32,000 nt of DNA from Zymomonas mobilis subsp. mobilis ATCC 10988 (GTDB taxonomy: Bacteria > Pseudomonadota > Alphaproteobacteria > Sphingomonadales > Sphingomonadaceae). Shown here in pieces: positions 1 through 11,481 of this stretch. The position numbers were made by a program, and so were the translations under genes. The notes beneath the pieces are model-generated. The model was not told the origin of the DNA. It saw nothing but the letters and a program-made list of their open reading frames with translations, and did not search any database. Positions within the stretch are counted from its first letter, which is position 1, and every line of letters begins with the position of its first letter. The stretch spans positions 1,860,001 through 1,892,000 of the forward strand of contig NC_017262.1 in assembly GCF_000175255.2 (NCBI RefSeq), in the 5' to 3' direction.

Positions 1-27
1 ACGGTTTAAACTAAGGGAGGCTGATAG

Positions 28-405
28 ATGGCACGTGTAAAACGCGGTACCACCACGCGGGCAAAACATAATCGGATTCTGGATCAGGCCAAAGGTTACT
101 ACGGTCGCCGGAAAAACACCATTCGTATTGCCCGTCAGGCAGTCGAAAAAGCCGGTCAGTATGCTTATCGCGACCGTAAGGTTAAAAAGCGTTCTTTCCG
201 CGCACTTTGGATTCAGCGTATCAACGCTGCTGTCCGCGCAGAAGGCTTGACCTATGGTGTTTTCATGTATGGTCTGAAATTAGCCGGTCTTGATCTTGAT
301 CGCAAAGTTCTGGCCGATCTGGCTATGAATGAATCGGCTGCTTTCGGCGCTATCATTGCTCAGGTCAAATCAGCTTTACCGGAAGGCGCACGCGTTGCAG
401 CTTGA
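28..405 (+). CDS. rplT: 50S ribosomal protein L20
   Basis: 125-aa ORF with classic L20 sequence ([55 protein letters not shown]...); AGGGAGG SD upstream. Confidence 0.98.
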   Translation: MARVKRGTTTRAKHNRILDQAKGYYGRRKNTIRIARQAVEKAGQYAYRDRKVKKRSFRALWIQRINAAVRAEGLTYGVFMYGLKLAGLDLDRKVLADLAMNESAAFGAIIAQVKSALPEGARVAA

Positions 406-448
406 TGATTAAGCTTTTAAATAATCGCTTTCTTTAAGGTGATTGAGA

Positions 449-494
449 AAGGCATAGGAGCACTCTTCAGGGCGTTTCTATGCCTTCTTTTGTT
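449..494 (+). terminator. Probable rho-independent terminator after rplT
   Basis: AAGGCATAG (449-457) / CTATGCCTT (478-486) inverted repeat followed by a short T-rich run (CTTTTGTT). Confidence 0.5.
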
Positions 495-693
495 ATACAG
501 TCCAGTGCGCATCTTCATTCGGCTAAACCGTATGAAGATGCGTTCTGGAAAAATTTAATGATTTACTGTCTGATATCGGCTGAATATGGCAAAAATCTTT
601 TGGATTTTTTACGCTATAATAGGGTGATATTAAATATCTCCTTCCCATGAACAGCGCGTTAAACAGGCGATGGTCACAAAAATGATGGAAAGC

Positions 694-1794
694 ATGACCG
701 ATCTAGATAATCTGAAAGCCGATCTGATCGGCCAGATCTCTCAATCAGGGGATTTGGCCGGCTTGGAATCTGTGCGCGTCCATGCCCTCGGTAAGCAAGG
801 GGTTGTTACGGCGCTTTTAAAATCGCTCGGAAAGATGACTCCGGAAGAGCGGCAAGAAAAAGGGCCTGTCATCCACAGCCTACGACAAGCAGTGGCGCAA
901 GGGATTGCCGATCGTAAACAGGCTTTGGAAACAGCTTTACTGAATGAAAAGCTCGCAAGCGAAACCATAGATCTTTCCTTGCCTTCTCCCAAAATGCCGA
1001 AGGGATCACTGCATCCGGTTAGTCAGGTTATGGATGAGCTGGCTGAAATTTTTGCTGACCTTGGTTTTGCGGTGGCAAGCGGGCCCGAAATCGAAGATGA
1101 GTGGCATAATTTTAGCGCTTTGAATATCCCTGAAAGTCATCCGGCTCGTGCTATGCACGACACCTTCTATTTCGAACCTCAGGAAGGGGCTTCGGATAAA
1201 GGCGATAAAGGCCGGATGTTGCTTCGGACGCATACCTCTCCGGTTCAGATCCGAACGATGCAGGGACAGGAACCCCCTATACGCATCATTGCACCGGGAC
1301 GCACCTATCGTTCGGATTCAGATGCAACTCATACGCCGATGTTTCATCAAGTCGAAGGGCTAGTCATCGATAAGGGAGTGCATCTTGGACATTTGAAATG
1401 GACGCTTGAAACTTTTGTTCGCGCCTATTTTGAACGTGATGATATCGTTCTCCGTTTACGTCCCAGTTATTTCCCCTTCACTGAACCTTCTATGGAAGTT
1501 GATGTTGGTTATACCCTTGAAAAAGGGCGTCGTATTATCGGCGGAAAACAACCGGATGGCTGGATGGAAATTTTAGGATCCGGTATGGTTCATCCCAATG
1601 TGATTACCGCTTGCGGCCTTGATCCCAATGTCTGGCAAGGTTTTGCTTTTGGTTGCGGTATCGACCGTTTGGCTATGCTGAAATATGGCATGGATGATTT
1701 ACGGGCTTTCTTTGACGGCGATTTGCGCTGGTTGCGTCACTTTGGCTTTGCCGCGCTTGACGTGCCCACACTTTCAGGAGGAGTCGGCGCATGA
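694..1794 (+). CDS. pheS: Phenylalanine--tRNA ligase alpha subunit (track ORF opens at 670; ATG at 694 preceded by GGAAAG is the more likely start)
   Basis: Class II aaRS core: [54 protein letters not shown]; overlaps pheT by ATGA. Confidence 0.97.
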   Translation: MTDLDNLKADLIGQISQSGDLAGLESVRVHALGKQGVVTALLKSLGKMTPEERQEKGPVIHSLRQAVAQGIADRKQALETALLNEKLASETIDLSLPSPKMPKGSLHPVSQVMDELAEIFADLGFAVASGPEIEDEWHNFSALNIPESHPARAMHDTFYFEPQEGASDKGDKGRMLLRTHTSPVQIRTMQGQEPPIRIIAPGRTYRSDSDATHTPMFHQVEGLVIDKGVHLGHLKWTLETFVRAYFERDDIVLRLRPSYFPFTEPSMEVDVGYTLEKGRRIIGGKQPDGWMEILGSGMVHPNVITACGLDPNVWQGFAFGCGIDRLAMLKYGMDDLRAFFDGDLRWLRHFGFAALDVPTLSGGVGA

Positions 1795-4160
1795 AGTTCA
1801 CGCTTTCATGGTTAAAAGAGCATCTGGAAACAGAAGCCTCTGTTCAGGAAATTGCTGATACGCTGACTCGTATCGGTCACGAAGTAGAATCGGTTCATAA
1901 TCCGGCTGACGGTTTGGAAGCATTTCGGATTGCACGCATCCTCACTGCTGAACGCCATCCACAGGCAGATCGCCTTCAGATTTTGGCGGTCGATGTCGGT
2001 GAATCCGAACCACTACAGGTTGTTTGCGGCGCAGCTAACGCGCGCGCTGGTCTGGTTGGCGTTTTTGCTGCCCCTGGTGTCTATGTCCCGGGTATTGATG
2101 TTACCCTGAAGATTGCTTCTATCCGTGGCGTTGAAAGCCGCGGGATGATGTGTTCCATCCGCGAACTCGGCCTTGGCGATGAACATGAGGGTATTCTTGA
2201 TTTGCCGCATGAGGCTCCCGTCGGCCAATCTTATGTCGAATGGGCAGGATTAGATGATCCCGTTTTCGATGTTGCTATCACCCCCGATCGTCAAGATTGT
2301 ATGGGTGTTCGTGGCTTAGCACGTGATTTGGCAACAGCGGGTATCGGTCGATTAAAGCCTTTGGCTATTCCAAGGGTTCCTGTCACGGATGCAGCTCCCG
2401 CTGAAATCACTATCGAAGATAAAGAGGGTTGTCCTGCCTTTTTTGGTCAGCTTATTCACGGGATCCAAAACGGCCCTTCGCCGGAATGGATGGCAAGAAG
2501 ATTACGGGCTATCGGTTTCAGACCGACTTCGGCTTTGGTCGATATCACCAATTATATCATGTTTGATTTGGGGCGTCCGCTTCATGTCTATGATGCAGGA
2601 GCTATCAAAGGTAAATTGACAGCTCGGAAAGCCCAGAATAACGAAAAAATAGAAGCTCTGAATGGCAAAAGCTATGATCTTGATCCTTCGATCACGGTGA
2701 TCGCTGACGATCAGGGTGTCAAAAACATCGCTGGTATCATGGGCGCTGAAAAAGCTAGCGTTTCTGGCTCAACCACAGATGTCATTATTGAATGTGCCTA
2801 TTTTGATCCGGCAGCTGTCTCACAGGCTGGTCAAAAATTAGGACTGGCTTCAGATGCTCGGATTCGTTTTGAACGAGGCGTTGATCCAGCCTTTTTGAAT
2901 GAAGGCTTACAGATCTCTGCCCGCATGGTCCTCGATTTTTGCGGTGGTAAAGCCACACAGGCGGTCACGTTAGGCGAAGCGCCTTCTGCTGTTCCGGTCA
3001 TTTCTTATGATCCTTCTTATGTGACGTCGCTTGCCGCAATGGATGTTGCACCAGCTCGCCAACGGGAAATCCTTGAACAATTGGGTTTTGCGATTGATGC
3101 AGGCTGGCGTGTTCGTGTGCCGAGCTTCCGTCGCGATGTCAGCGTTGTTGCCGATATCGTCGCTGATATTGTGAGAATTGAAGGGCTCGATAATGTGCCT
3201 TCAACTGCTCTTGATCGTGGTGATGGTGTGGCTCGCCCGATTGCAACCCATGGTCAGTTGACAGAACGGCGGGTGCGTCGCGCAGCGGCTGCTTTTGGTA
3301 TGAATGAAGCCGTTACATGGAGCTTCATCTCCGAAAAAGATGCCAATATTTTTGGTGGTGCTTTCTGGAAACTTGCTAACCCGATTAGTGAAGATATGAA
3401 GGTGATGCGACCTTCCTTATTGCCGGGGTTGCTTACCGCTGCCAAACGTAATCGGGATCGGGGACAGTCTACTATTCGCTTATTCGAAGTTGGACGTCGT
3501 TATTTGCAAGAAGCTGAACGTCCAACTTTGGGGCTGATTTTTGCTGGTGAGCGGATGAGCCGCGATTGGCAATACGGAAAAAGCCAGAATTTCGACGCTT
3601 ATGATGCCAAAACCGCTGTTTCTGCTATGCTGGATTCAGTCGGCATGCCCGTTGAAAAATTGCAGTTGCTGGGTGATGCCGGTGATGTTTATCATCCGGG
3701 GCGTTCAGGCCGATTGTGTCTTGGACCCAAAAACACTTTAGCTGTTTTTGGTGAAATTCATCCAGCTATTCTGGCTGAATTCAATATGGAAGGGCCTGTC
3801 ATCGGGGCAGAAATATTCTTGGATGCCTTGCCGCTTCGCAAAAATTCGGGGCAGCTGCGGCAGCCTTACGCACCCAGTATGCTACAGCCTGTTTTCCGTG
3901 ATTTTGCCTTCTTGCTACCAAAAGACGTTCCTGCAGCTGATTTAGTGCGCAGCATCGCCGGTGCCGACAAAAATGCGATTGTCGAGGCTCGTATTTTTGA
4001 CGTCTTTACAGGCGAAACGATAGACGAGAATGAAAAGTCATTGGGCATTGAAGTCATGCTGCAACCTGCAGAAAAAAGCTTCACTGATGCTGAATTGCAG
4101 GCCATTAGCGATAAAATCGTCGCAGCGGCTGCCAAAAAGGGGGCTCGTTTAAGGGCCTGA
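1791..4160 (+). CDS. pheT: Phenylalanine--tRNA ligase beta subunit
   Basis: 789-aa ORF starting [17 protein letters not shown]; N-terminal tRNA-binding domain, B5-like region and C-terminal anticodon-binding-like end ([13 protein letters not shown]); translationally coupled to pheS. Confidence 0.97.
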   Translation: MKFTLSWLKEHLETEASVQEIADTLTRIGHEVESVHNPADGLEAFRIARILTAERHPQADRLQILAVDVGESEPLQVVCGAANARAGLVGVFAAPGVYVPGIDVTLKIASIRGVESRGMMCSIRELGLGDEHEGILDLPHEAPVGQSYVEWAGLDDPVFDVAITPDRQDCMGVRGLARDLATAGIGRLKPLAIPRVPVTDAAPAEITIEDKEGCPAFFGQLIHGIQNGPSPEWMARRLRAIGFRPTSALVDITNYIMFDLGRPLHVYDAGAIKGKLTARKAQNNEKIEALNGKSYDLDPSITVIADDQGVKNIAGIMGAEKASVSGSTTDVIIECAYFDPAAVSQAGQKLGLASDARIRFERGVDPAFLNEGLQISARMVLDFCGGKATQAVTLGEAPSAVPVISYDPSYVTSLAAMDVAPARQREILEQLGFAIDAGWRVRVPSFRRDVSVVADIVADIVRIEGLDNVPSTALDRGDGVARPIATHGQLTERRVRRAAAAFGMNEAVTWSFISEKDANIFGGAFWKLANPISEDMKVMRPSLLPGLLTAAKRNRDRGQSTIRLFEVGRRYLQEAERPTLGLIFAGERMSRDWQYGKSQNFDAYDAKTAVSAMLDSVGMPVEKLQLLGDAGDVYHPGRSGRLCLGPKNTLAVFGEIHPAILAEFNMEGPVIGAEIFLDALPLRKNSGQLRQPYAPSMLQPVFRDFAFLLPKDVPAADLVRSIAGADKNAIVEARIFDVFTGETIDENEKSLGIEVMLQPAEKSFTDAELQAISDKIVAAAAKKGARLRA

Positions 4161-4236
4161 AATTAGAAAAATTTGTTTTATTCAAGGCGGATATGGCATC
4201 ATATCCGCCTCTTTTTTGTCTTTTTGAGGAAAATTG

Positions 4237-6024
4237 ATGGCTGTTAAAGGTAAGGAATACCCTCATGATTCACTAACCAATCTGAGGCGTTTTTTACGTT
4301 ACCTCTGGCCTAAAAATCGGCGAGATCTCAAAACAAGACTGTTGCTTGCTTTGGTCATGGTTCTCTTTTCAAAGGCTATTATTCTATTGATGCCCTTTGC
4401 ATATAAAGGGGTCATAGACCACATGACGGCTCCTGAAAAAACGGGGACAGGCATCGCAATGGCCTTGGCAGTAGCTTATGCCGCCAGTCGATTCGGAAGC
4501 GTTCTTTTTGATAATTTACGAAACGCTATCTTTGAGGCTGTAGGGCAAAATGCAGCAAAAGAATTATCCGTAGAATTATTCAAACATTTGCATGATTTGC
4601 CTCTGTCTTTTCATCTTGAACGACGGACAGGATCTTTGACGCGCATTATTGAGCGCGGCACAAAAAGCATTGATTCAATGCTCTATTATTTGATCTTCAA
4701 TATAGGTCCTACAATTTTTGAATTGATAGCGACCTGCATTATTTTTGTTCTTTCTGGCTGGGGTTGGGGTATGGTGATGGCTACTTTAGCTATGATCGCT
4801 ATTTATATTCTCTTTACCCGTATCATAACAGAAAAACGGGTTGCTCTACGTCGGGAATGGGCAGAATATGACCAACAGGCGGGGCAATATGCGCTTGATT
4901 CACTGCTTAACTATGAAACTGTTAAGTATTTTAATGCCGAGAGTTTAGAGACTAAACGCTATTCCAAAATAGCTACGCATCTTTCTGATGCTACGGTCAA
5001 AGTTGAAAGCTCTCTGGCCTTTCTTAATATTGGCCAATCTCTAATTACCAATATTCTGATGGCAGGAAGTATGATTTTTACTGTCTGGGGATGGAGCCAT
5101 AATCGTTTTTCGGTTGGGGATGTCGTTCTTATTAATAGCCTTTTGTTGCAACTTTTTCGACCATTAGACTTTTTAGGAACCGTTTACCGTCAGGTCAGAC
5201 AAGGTTTAACCGATATGGCTGCGGTCTTCCGATTGATAGATACAAAGGCGACATTAGAAGACAAAGCCCATGCTCCAGCCTTACAGATTAAGACAGGCGA
5301 GCTACGTTTTGAGCATGTGCAATTCCAATATCATGCAGATCGCTCGATCTTAAAGGATATCGATTTTATCCTCCCCGCTGGTCAAAGCTTGGCTATTGTT
5401 GGTTCTTCCGGTGCCGGAAAATCAACTTTAGTACGCCTATTATACCGTTTTTATGATGTAACCGGTGGGCGAATATTGATTGATCATCAAGATATACGAG
5501 AGGTTACACAGCATTCTTTACGGCAAATTCTAGGTATGGTGCCACAGGATATAGTCCTCTTTAATGACACTATCGAATATAATATTCGTTATGGCCGTCC
5601 CAATGCTTCCTTTGAAGAGATTAGACAGGCAGCACGGGGAGCTGCTATCTCTGATTTTATTAACTCCCTGCCGCAAGGTTATCAAACGACTGTTGGAGAG
5701 CGCGGATTGAAACTATCGGGTGGAGAAAAACAACGCATTGCTATCGCTCGGATGCTGCTAAAAAATCCACCTATTTTATTATTCGATGAAGCAACCAGCG
5801 CGCTTGATAGTCATAGTGAAGCTGATATTCAGGCTACTCTCAATCAGATAGCTCAAAACAGGACAACGATTATTATTGCCCATCGCTTATCTACGATTGT
5901 TCACGCTGATCAGATTATAGTCCTTAATCATGGCAGAATTGCAGAATGTGGCAACCATCAAACCTTATTGGCTCAAAATGGTCTCTATGCCACGATGTGG
6001 AAACGACAAAGTCAAAAGGGGTAA
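4237..6024 (+). CDS. ABC transporter ATP-binding/permease protein, ATM1/HMT1-type half transporter
   Basis: Six-helix TM domain plus Walker A (GSSGAGKST), signature (LSGGEKQR) and Walker B (ILLFDEATSALD); NYETVKYFNAE motif typical of the ABCB7/ATM1 family; GAGGA SD before ATG 4237 (track starts at upstream TTG 4234). Confidence 0.93.
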   Translation: MAVKGKEYPHDSLTNLRRFLRYLWPKNRRDLKTRLLLALVMVLFSKAIILLMPFAYKGVIDHMTAPEKTGTGIAMALAVAYAASRFGSVLFDNLRNAIFEAVGQNAAKELSVELFKHLHDLPLSFHLERRTGSLTRIIERGTKSIDSMLYYLIFNIGPTIFELIATCIIFVLSGWGWGMVMATLAMIAIYILFTRIITEKRVALRREWAEYDQQAGQYALDSLLNYETVKYFNAESLETKRYSKIATHLSDATVKVESSLAFLNIGQSLITNILMAGSMIFTVWGWSHNRFSVGDVVLINSLLLQLFRPLDFLGTVYRQVRQGLTDMAAVFRLIDTKATLEDKAHAPALQIKTGELRFEHVQFQYHADRSILKDIDFILPAGQSLAIVGSSGAGKSTLVRLLYRFYDVTGGRILIDHQDIREVTQHSLRQILGMVPQDIVLFNDTIEYNIRYGRPNASFEEIRQAARGAAISDFINSLPQGYQTTVGERGLKLSGGEKQRIAIARMLLKNPPILLFDEATSALDSHSEADIQATLNQIAQNRTTIIIAHRLSTIVHADQIIVLNHGRIAECGNHQTLLAQNGLYATMWKRQSQKG

Positions 6025-6034
6025 TGCCAAATGC

Positions 6035-6065
6035 AAAAAAGGGGGATAAAATCTCCCCCTTTTTT
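6035..6065. terminator. Bidirectional terminator between convergent ABC transporter and DUF4167 genes
   Basis: AAAAAAGGGGGA / TCCCCCTTTTTT perfect stem with TAAAATC loop. Confidence 0.9.
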
Positions 6066-6083
6066 ATTTATTCTTAAATGCTC

Positions 6084-7157
6084 TTAGGCTTCAGCTGCGG
6101 CGCTTTCAACTTCTGCTTTCGGGCGCCGTCCACGACGGCGTGGCTTTTCTTCTTCCTGATCAGCATTTTCTACTGGATTGATAGCAGGGGGCAAACGATC
6201 TGCTTCTAATCGTGCTTCTGCTTCAATAACAGCTTTTGGTCGCCGGCCACGACGGCGAACAGGAGCTTCTGCTACTGTATCGGAATCGATTGCCGGAATA
6301 GCCTCTGCATTGTTTTCTTGCAGGTCGCCTTCAGTATAGCGCTGCGCCTCTGCTGCTTTCCGTGCTTCCGCTTCAACGACAGCTTTCGGTCGCCGGCCAC
6401 GACGACGAACTGGCGGTGTTACGGCTTCTTCTGATGAAACGTCCATTGGAATAGAGGGTTGAGCTTGAATCGGCATCGCCGTTTCAGTCATCCGGTTATC
6501 TTCTCTATCCATAAAATCTGCACGGATATCGGTGCGATCATTATTCTCTACAATTCGTCGCGACCGAACTGGGCTGTTATAGTCATTATTTCCGAAATTG
6601 GTGTTATACCCGTTATCAGCGCCATTACGATCATCGCCGGCCAAACGGCTTTCACCTACAACCCGACGAGGCCGTCTAACGACACGGTTTTCCGTATTGT
6701 AAGAAGAAGAGGGACGACGATTATCAAACCGGTTATCCATAGGCTGACGTGAATTATCAGCATTTTGTCTGCTATCCATGGATGAACGGTTGTCTATGAT
6801 CTGTTCGTTATTATCGCCTTCTTGCGATAAATTACGATCACGCATCCGCGCTTCTTCATAACGAAGCCGATTATCATTCAAAATGCGGAAATAATGATCT
6901 GCGAATTGAAGGTAATATTCGGTCATTACCCGATCACCTTGCAACTGCATATCACGAGCCAGAGCCTTGTATTTCTCATGAAGCTGACTTGCATTTCCGC
7001 GTGCACGGTTATCGATACGATTATTGCGATCTATTCCGTTATTGGAATTAGACCGGGGCAAGCCCCCGCTACGCCCACGGCGTCGGCCGTTCTGACGATT
7101 ATTGATCAACTGTTCGCTGCCTTCGTCACTACTGGTGGTTAAGTCACCATCCGCCAT
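6084..7157 (-). CDS. DUF4167 domain-containing protein with repeated basic RRRGRRPKA motifs
   Basis: N-terminus RGRSGGLPRSN...NARGNASQLHEKYKALARDMQLQGDRVMTEYYLQFADHYFRILNDNR matches the conserved alphaproteobacterial DUF4167 core; adjacent to prmC/prfA as is common in this class. Confidence 0.85.
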   Translation of the reverse strand: MADGDLTTSSDEGSEQLINNRQNGRRRGRSGGLPRSNSNNGIDRNNRIDNRARGNASQLHEKYKALARDMQLQGDRVMTEYYLQFADHYFRILNDNRLRYEEARMRDRNLSQEGDNNEQIIDNRSSMDSRQNADNSRQPMDNRFDNRRPSSSYNTENRVVRRPRRVVGESRLAGDDRNGADNGYNTNFGNNDYNSPVRSRRIVENNDRTDIRADFMDREDNRMTETAMPIQAQPSIPMDVSSEEAVTPPVRRRGRRPKAVVEAEARKAAEAQRYTEGDLQENNAEAIPAIDSDTVAEAPVRRRGRRPKAVIEAEARLEADRLPPAINPVENADQEEEKPRRRGRRPKAEVESAAAEA

Positions 7158-7467
7158 TGCGACCGGATAACGGGGAGTAAAACTATTTCATCCGCTATGC
7201 CGAAAATGGCGGGCTACGTTATTCCCCCTTGAAGACATTGCCCAAAGTCAATGTCATAACTTCTGGAGCCGTTACGACGTTTTGATATCTGCCCCGAAAA
7301 GGAACATCGGGAACGCCATGAAGCTACCATTGGGAATTGGCTTAAAAAGTCGGGCGTTAATGCCAGCTTACTTTTGTTTGCCTCTTTCTTTCTTAAGCAG
7401 TCTCAGGGATAAATCCAAGCATTATATTGAGATATCTATAAATTTTTCGAAAAAAACTGAAAAATTA

Positions 7468-8364
7468 TCACCTAGATAGCAAAACACAGCGTGGCCTTTG
7501 TTCAAGATCGTAAAAAATTCGACTCCTCAATCCGGTCTCTTTAGCAATCATGCTAACATTTTCGGCCTGATCGAATCCGATTTCGAGACAAGCAATACCA
7601 CGCTCGGTTAAAAGAGAAGGGATTTCCGGTATAATCTCACGATAATCATCTAACCCTTCATCTCCCGAAAATAAGGCCAGATGTGGTTCATAATGCAAGA
7701 CATCAGCAGGCATCATGGCATCTCTGGCAATATAGGGTGGATTACATAATAAAAGATCGAATTTTTGTTGAATCCCTCTTCCCCAATGACTGATCTTGAA
7801 CTCCACGCGAGGTAGAGCACCGCATTTATCAGCATTGAGGCGGGCAATTTTTATAGCCTCAGTTGAGGCATCAACGCCAAGCCCTTTCGCGTCTTTCCAC
7901 TCATCTAAAGCTGCTAACAACAAGGCACCAGAACCAGTGCCAAGATCCAGAATATTTTCTGGTAAAAAAGCCTGTTCACGAAAATAGGCAATGGCCGTTT
8001 CGATAAGGGTTTCACTGTCAGGACGGGGAATTAAAACATCAGGCGTTACAGTCAGACGCAAAGTCCAAAAATCCCGATATCCTAAAATATAGGCTACCGG
8101 CTCATTTTGTTTACGGCGCTTTATGGCTTCAAAAAAGGAAAGGGGCGCTTCTTTTTCGCCCCATGATCCTAATAGCAGGGCATCCCGCTCTATGCCCAAG
8201 CTATGCGCCATCAATAATTCGGCATCAAGCCGCGCCGTCATGCTGACAGTTGCCAGATCACGGGCGGCTTCACGCAAAGCTTCGGTAATAGAGAGCGGTC
8301 TTACCAGACTCTCGGAAGATTTAATCATCCAGACTTGCCAGTCTTTCGGCTTCATCTTCTGCAA
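7468..8364 (-). CDS. prmC: Peptide chain release factor N5-glutamine methyltransferase (start may be internal, ATG at 8328)
   Basis: SAM-binding [12 protein letters not shown] and catalytic NPPY motif ([11 protein letters not shown]), next to prfA. Confidence 0.94.
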   Translation of the reverse strand: MQKMKPKDWQVWMIKSSESLVRPLSITEALREAARDLATVSMTARLDAELLMAHSLGIERDALLLGSWGEKEAPLSFFEAIKRRKQNEPVAYILGYRDFWTLRLTVTPDVLIPRPDSETLIETAIAYFREQAFLPENILDLGTGSGALLLAALDEWKDAKGLGVDASTEAIKIARLNADKCGALPRVEFKISHWGRGIQQKFDLLLCNPPYIARDAMMPADVLHYEPHLALFSGDEGLDDYREIIPEIPSLLTERGIACLEIGFDQAENVSMIAKETGLRSRIFYDLEQRPRCVLLSR

Positions 8365-9397
8365 TCAAAGCCGAGATTACTTCGTCTAAACCAGGACCGG
8401 CCAAGATTTCCGGTAAACGATGCAAGGTCAGATTGATACGATGATCGGTTACTCGCCCTTGTGGAAAATTATAGGTGCGGATACGTTCAGAACGGTCACC
8501 GGATCCTACCATAGATTTACGCTGGCCCGCCCGTTCGGAATGCAACCTTTCCCGTTCTCTTTCATAAAGCCTTGCTCGCAACACTTTCATTGCCTTGGCT
8601 TTATTCTTGTGTTGGGATTTTTCATCCTGCTGGCTAACAACAATACCACTAGGAATATGGGTGATACGAACAGCAGAATCCGTTGTATTCACAGATTGTC
8701 CACCTGGTCCCGAAGAACGGAAAATATCAATACGCAGGTCACGTTCATCAATATCAACGTCGACTTCTTCGGCTTCAGGCAGAACTGCTACAGTCGCCGC
8801 CGATGTATGGATACGGCCACCGCTTTCGGTAACCGGTACACGCTGTACGCGATGCACCCCACTCTCAAATTTCAAACGGGCGAACACACCTGCGCCAGTG
8901 ATACTGATAACGACTTCTTTATAACCACCCAATTCAGCGGCACTGGCAGAAATCATTTCAACGCGCCACCCATGCTCCTCGGCATAGCGGCTGTACATCC
9001 GAAGAAGATCACCGCCAAACAAAGCCGCTTCATCACCGCCGGTTCCGGCACGAATTTCTAGAATAGCCGAGCGTTCATCAGCCGCATCACGAGGTAATAA
9101 GCTAAGAGCCAAAGCCCGTTCGGCTTCAGCCAAAGCTGTTTTGTTAGCTTCTAATTCTTCGACAGCCATGGCCTGTAATTCAGGATCGTCATCCTTGGTC
9201 ATGGCTTCCAGCGTTTCGCCTTCTTCCCGTAAACGCCCGACATTTTCAGCTGCCAAAGCAACCGGTTCGACTTCGGAATATTCGCGGGATAATGCAACCA
9301 AACGGTTAGAATCCAGATCAGGCCGTGCCATCTCGGCCTGTAATTCTTCCCGTCTGGCAATAATAGCCGCCAAACGATCAGGTGAAATTGCGATCAT
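8321..9397 (-). CDS. prfA: Peptide chain release factor 1
   Basis: GGQ motif context [40 protein letters not shown]; [16 protein letters not shown]-terminal signature. Confidence 0.98.
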   Translation of the reverse strand: MIAISPDRLAAIIARREELQAEMARPDLDSNRLVALSREYSEVEPVALAAENVGRLREEGETLEAMTKDDDPELQAMAVEELEANKTALAEAERALALSLLPRDAADERSAILEIRAGTGGDEAALFGGDLLRMYSRYAEEHGWRVEMISASAAELGGYKEVVISITGAGVFARLKFESGVHRVQRVPVTESGGRIHTSAATVAVLPEAEEVDVDIDERDLRIDIFRSSGPGGQSVNTTDSAVRITHIPSGIVVSQQDEKSQHKNKAKAMKVLRARLYERERERLHSERAGQRKSMVGSGDRSERIRTYNFPQGRVTDHRINLTLHRLPEILAGPGLDEVISALIAEDEAERLASLDD

Positions 9398-10662
9398 TTA
9401 TTCCTCAATTCTGATAAAATCCGGTCAACAATCTGATCAAGCGCAATAGCCTGCTGCTCACCTGTCACCATACTTCTAACGGTTGCTTCGTTTCGGGCTA
9501 ATTCTTCTTCGCCCAAAATGACGGCATAACGGACACCCCAACCATTGGCCTTTTGCATCCGCCGTTTCATATTTCCACGCCATGACATATCGGCAGAAAT
9601 ACCGGCATGTCTTAACTTAGAAAGAATAGAAATCGCTGGATTCTTGGCCTCTTCACCTAGAGGAATAACCGCCACATTCATGGTATCCTCTTTAGGTTCA
9701 TCGATTAACATGGCTAGACGTTCAATACCGGCTGCCCATCCAATAGCTGGTGTCAGATTCCCGCCTAAAGCTTCAGAAAGACCATCGTAACGCCCACCAG
9801 CCAGGACCGTGCCTTGCGCACCCAACTGGTCAGTAATAAATTCAAAAGCCGTATGACGATAATAATCCAGACCGCGCACCAATCTAGGATCGCGCGTCCA
9901 TGCCACACCAGCAGCATCGAGTCCGGTTGTTACCGCCTTGAAAAAAGAAGCGGCTTCTTCTGTCAGATAGTCATCAATGATCGGCGCTTTTTCGGCAATA
10001 ATTTTATCATTGGGGTCTTTAGAATCCAAAATCCGCAAAGGATTGCGCGTTAAACGTTCCTGACTTTCCTGCGACAGACTGTCAAAATGCCCTTGAAAAT
10101 ACTCGATCAAGGCAGCACGCCAAGCCTCACGGCTGGCACTATCCCCTAAAGTATTCAAGTGAAGGGTCACGTGTTGCTTAATCCCAAGCGATTCCAGCAA
10201 TTGATCGGCAAGAGAAAGTAATTCAACATCCGCTTCTGGTTCTGCAGCCCCGATGACTTCGGCATCTATCTGATGGAACTGGCGATAACGTCCTTTTTGG
10301 GGACGTTCATAACGGAAGACGGGGCCATGGGTTGCAATTTTGCAGGGTGAATATTGCTGCCACCCACTTGTGAGATAAGCACGGGTCAATCCGGCAGTAA
10401 ATTCGGGCCGAAGCGTCAATTGCTCACCAGAACGATCAGGAAAGCTGTACATTTCTTTGGAAACAACATCCGTTGTTTCACCCAAAGAACGCGCAAAGAC
10501 GGCAGTTGATTCGAAAACCGGAATTTCTGCCCGTTTAAAACCGTATAGCTTTCTTATCTCATCAAATTTGTTGACGACATGGTTAAAGCGAAGTGAATCT
10601 TCACCAAAAATATCCTGTGTGCCACGAATCGGCTGGGGCGTTTTAATTTTCATGCCATTCAT
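9394..10662 (-). CDS. hisS: Histidine--tRNA ligase
   Basis: [66 protein letters not shown] signatures. Confidence 0.97.
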   Translation of the reverse strand: MNGMKIKTPQPIRGTQDIFGEDSLRFNHVVNKFDEIRKLYGFKRAEIPVFESTAVFARSLGETTDVVSKEMYSFPDRSGEQLTLRPEFTAGLTRAYLTSGWQQYSPCKIATHGPVFRYERPQKGRYRQFHQIDAEVIGAAEPEADVELLSLADQLLESLGIKQHVTLHLNTLGDSASREAWRAALIEYFQGHFDSLSQESQERLTRNPLRILDSKDPNDKIIAEKAPIIDDYLTEEAASFFKAVTTGLDAAGVAWTRDPRLVRGLDYYRHTAFEFITDQLGAQGTVLAGGRYDGLSEALGGNLTPAIGWAAGIERLAMLIDEPKEDTMNVAVIPLGEEAKNPAISILSKLRHAGISADMSWRGNMKRRMQKANGWGVRYAVILGEEELARNEATVRSMVTGEQQAIALDQIVDRILSELRNK

Positions 10663-10858
10663 CCGGCTAATAAAATAAAGATGTTTTTCAAGAGTTGCCC
10701 GCGTCTAACCTATTTTTCTGGTTGTGCAAAATTTTGTATGCGCAGCTGATGCAGAAAGATCATCTGTTGCCTTTTCATCCAAAAAGACTTTTTTCTTCCT
10801 CAAAAGACAGAAAAAGAGGCTTGTGATAAAAACAAGCCCGCATTATCGCAATTTTATT

Positions 10859-11392
10859 ATGGATATCAATCTTATTCCCACAGGCGATAATGCGCCCGAA
10901 ACGCTGAATGTTATCATCGAAGTACCGCAGGGCGGCGAACCGGTGAAATACGAATTTGACAAAAAATCCGGTGCCTTGTTTGTTGACCGTTTATTGCATA
11001 CGCCTATGCGTTATCCGGCCAATTACGGCTTTGTTCCGCATACTTTGTCAGATGATGGCGATCCTCTGGATGCTTTGGTTCTTGCCCCGACGCCTTTCGT
11101 TCCGGGTAGTGTTGTCAGCGTCCGTCCTATCGCTGTTTTGCGGATGAAGGATGAAAAAGGCGAAGATGAAAAATTGTTGACGGTTCCTGTTGACGACATC
11201 ATCCCGCTTTATTCTTCTGTCAAAGAAGCCAGCGATTTACCTGCGATTATCACCGATCAGATCGGTCATTTCTTCGAACATTATAAAGACCTTGAATCTA
11301 AAAAATGGGTCAAGATCGAAGGTTGGGGCAGTTCTGCCGATGCTCGTAAAATCATCGTCGAAGCGATCGAACGCGCTCAGAAATCAGCCTGA
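10859..11392 (+). CDS. ppa: Inorganic pyrophosphatase
   Basis: MDINLIPTGDNAPETLNVIIEVPQGGEPVKYEFDKKSG...DGDPLDALVLAPTPFVPG; ATG 10859 is codon 46 of the longer track ORF (10724) and matches the family N-terminus. Confidence 0.96.
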   Translation: MDINLIPTGDNAPETLNVIIEVPQGGEPVKYEFDKKSGALFVDRLLHTPMRYPANYGFVPHTLSDDGDPLDALVLAPTPFVPGSVVSVRPIAVLRMKDEKGEDEKLLTVPVDDIIPLYSSVKEASDLPAIITDQIGHFFEHYKDLESKKWVKIEGWGSSADARKIIVEAIERAQKSA

Positions 11393-11440
11393 TCTTAGCT
11401 AAATCCAGCTTTTTTGCTGGATATTCAGATTAAATTTTAT

Positions 11441-11481
11441 CCCGCATGACAAAATTTCTTTTGTTATGCGGGGTTATTTTT
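11441..11481 (+). terminator. Rho-independent terminator after ppa
   Basis: CCCGCATGACAAAA (11441-11454) / TTTTGTTATGCGGG (11459-11472), 14-bp stem with one G-T pair, followed by TTATTTTT. Confidence 0.85.

Noticed and set aside
480-652. Potential ~56-codon leader ORF upstream of pheS (MPSFVIQSSAHLHSAKP...)
   Set aside because: Looked for Phe codon clusters typical of attenuation leader peptides; none found, and no SD is evident.
6459-7142. Plus-strand ORFs 6459..6752 and 6894..7142
   Set aside because: Antisense to the DUF4167 gene, whose Arg/Asn-rich codons suppress stops on the opposite strand; no family resemblance.
8420-9061. 213-aa plus-strand ORF
   Set aside because: Lies entirely antisense to well-supported prfA; the sequence looks non-protein-like.
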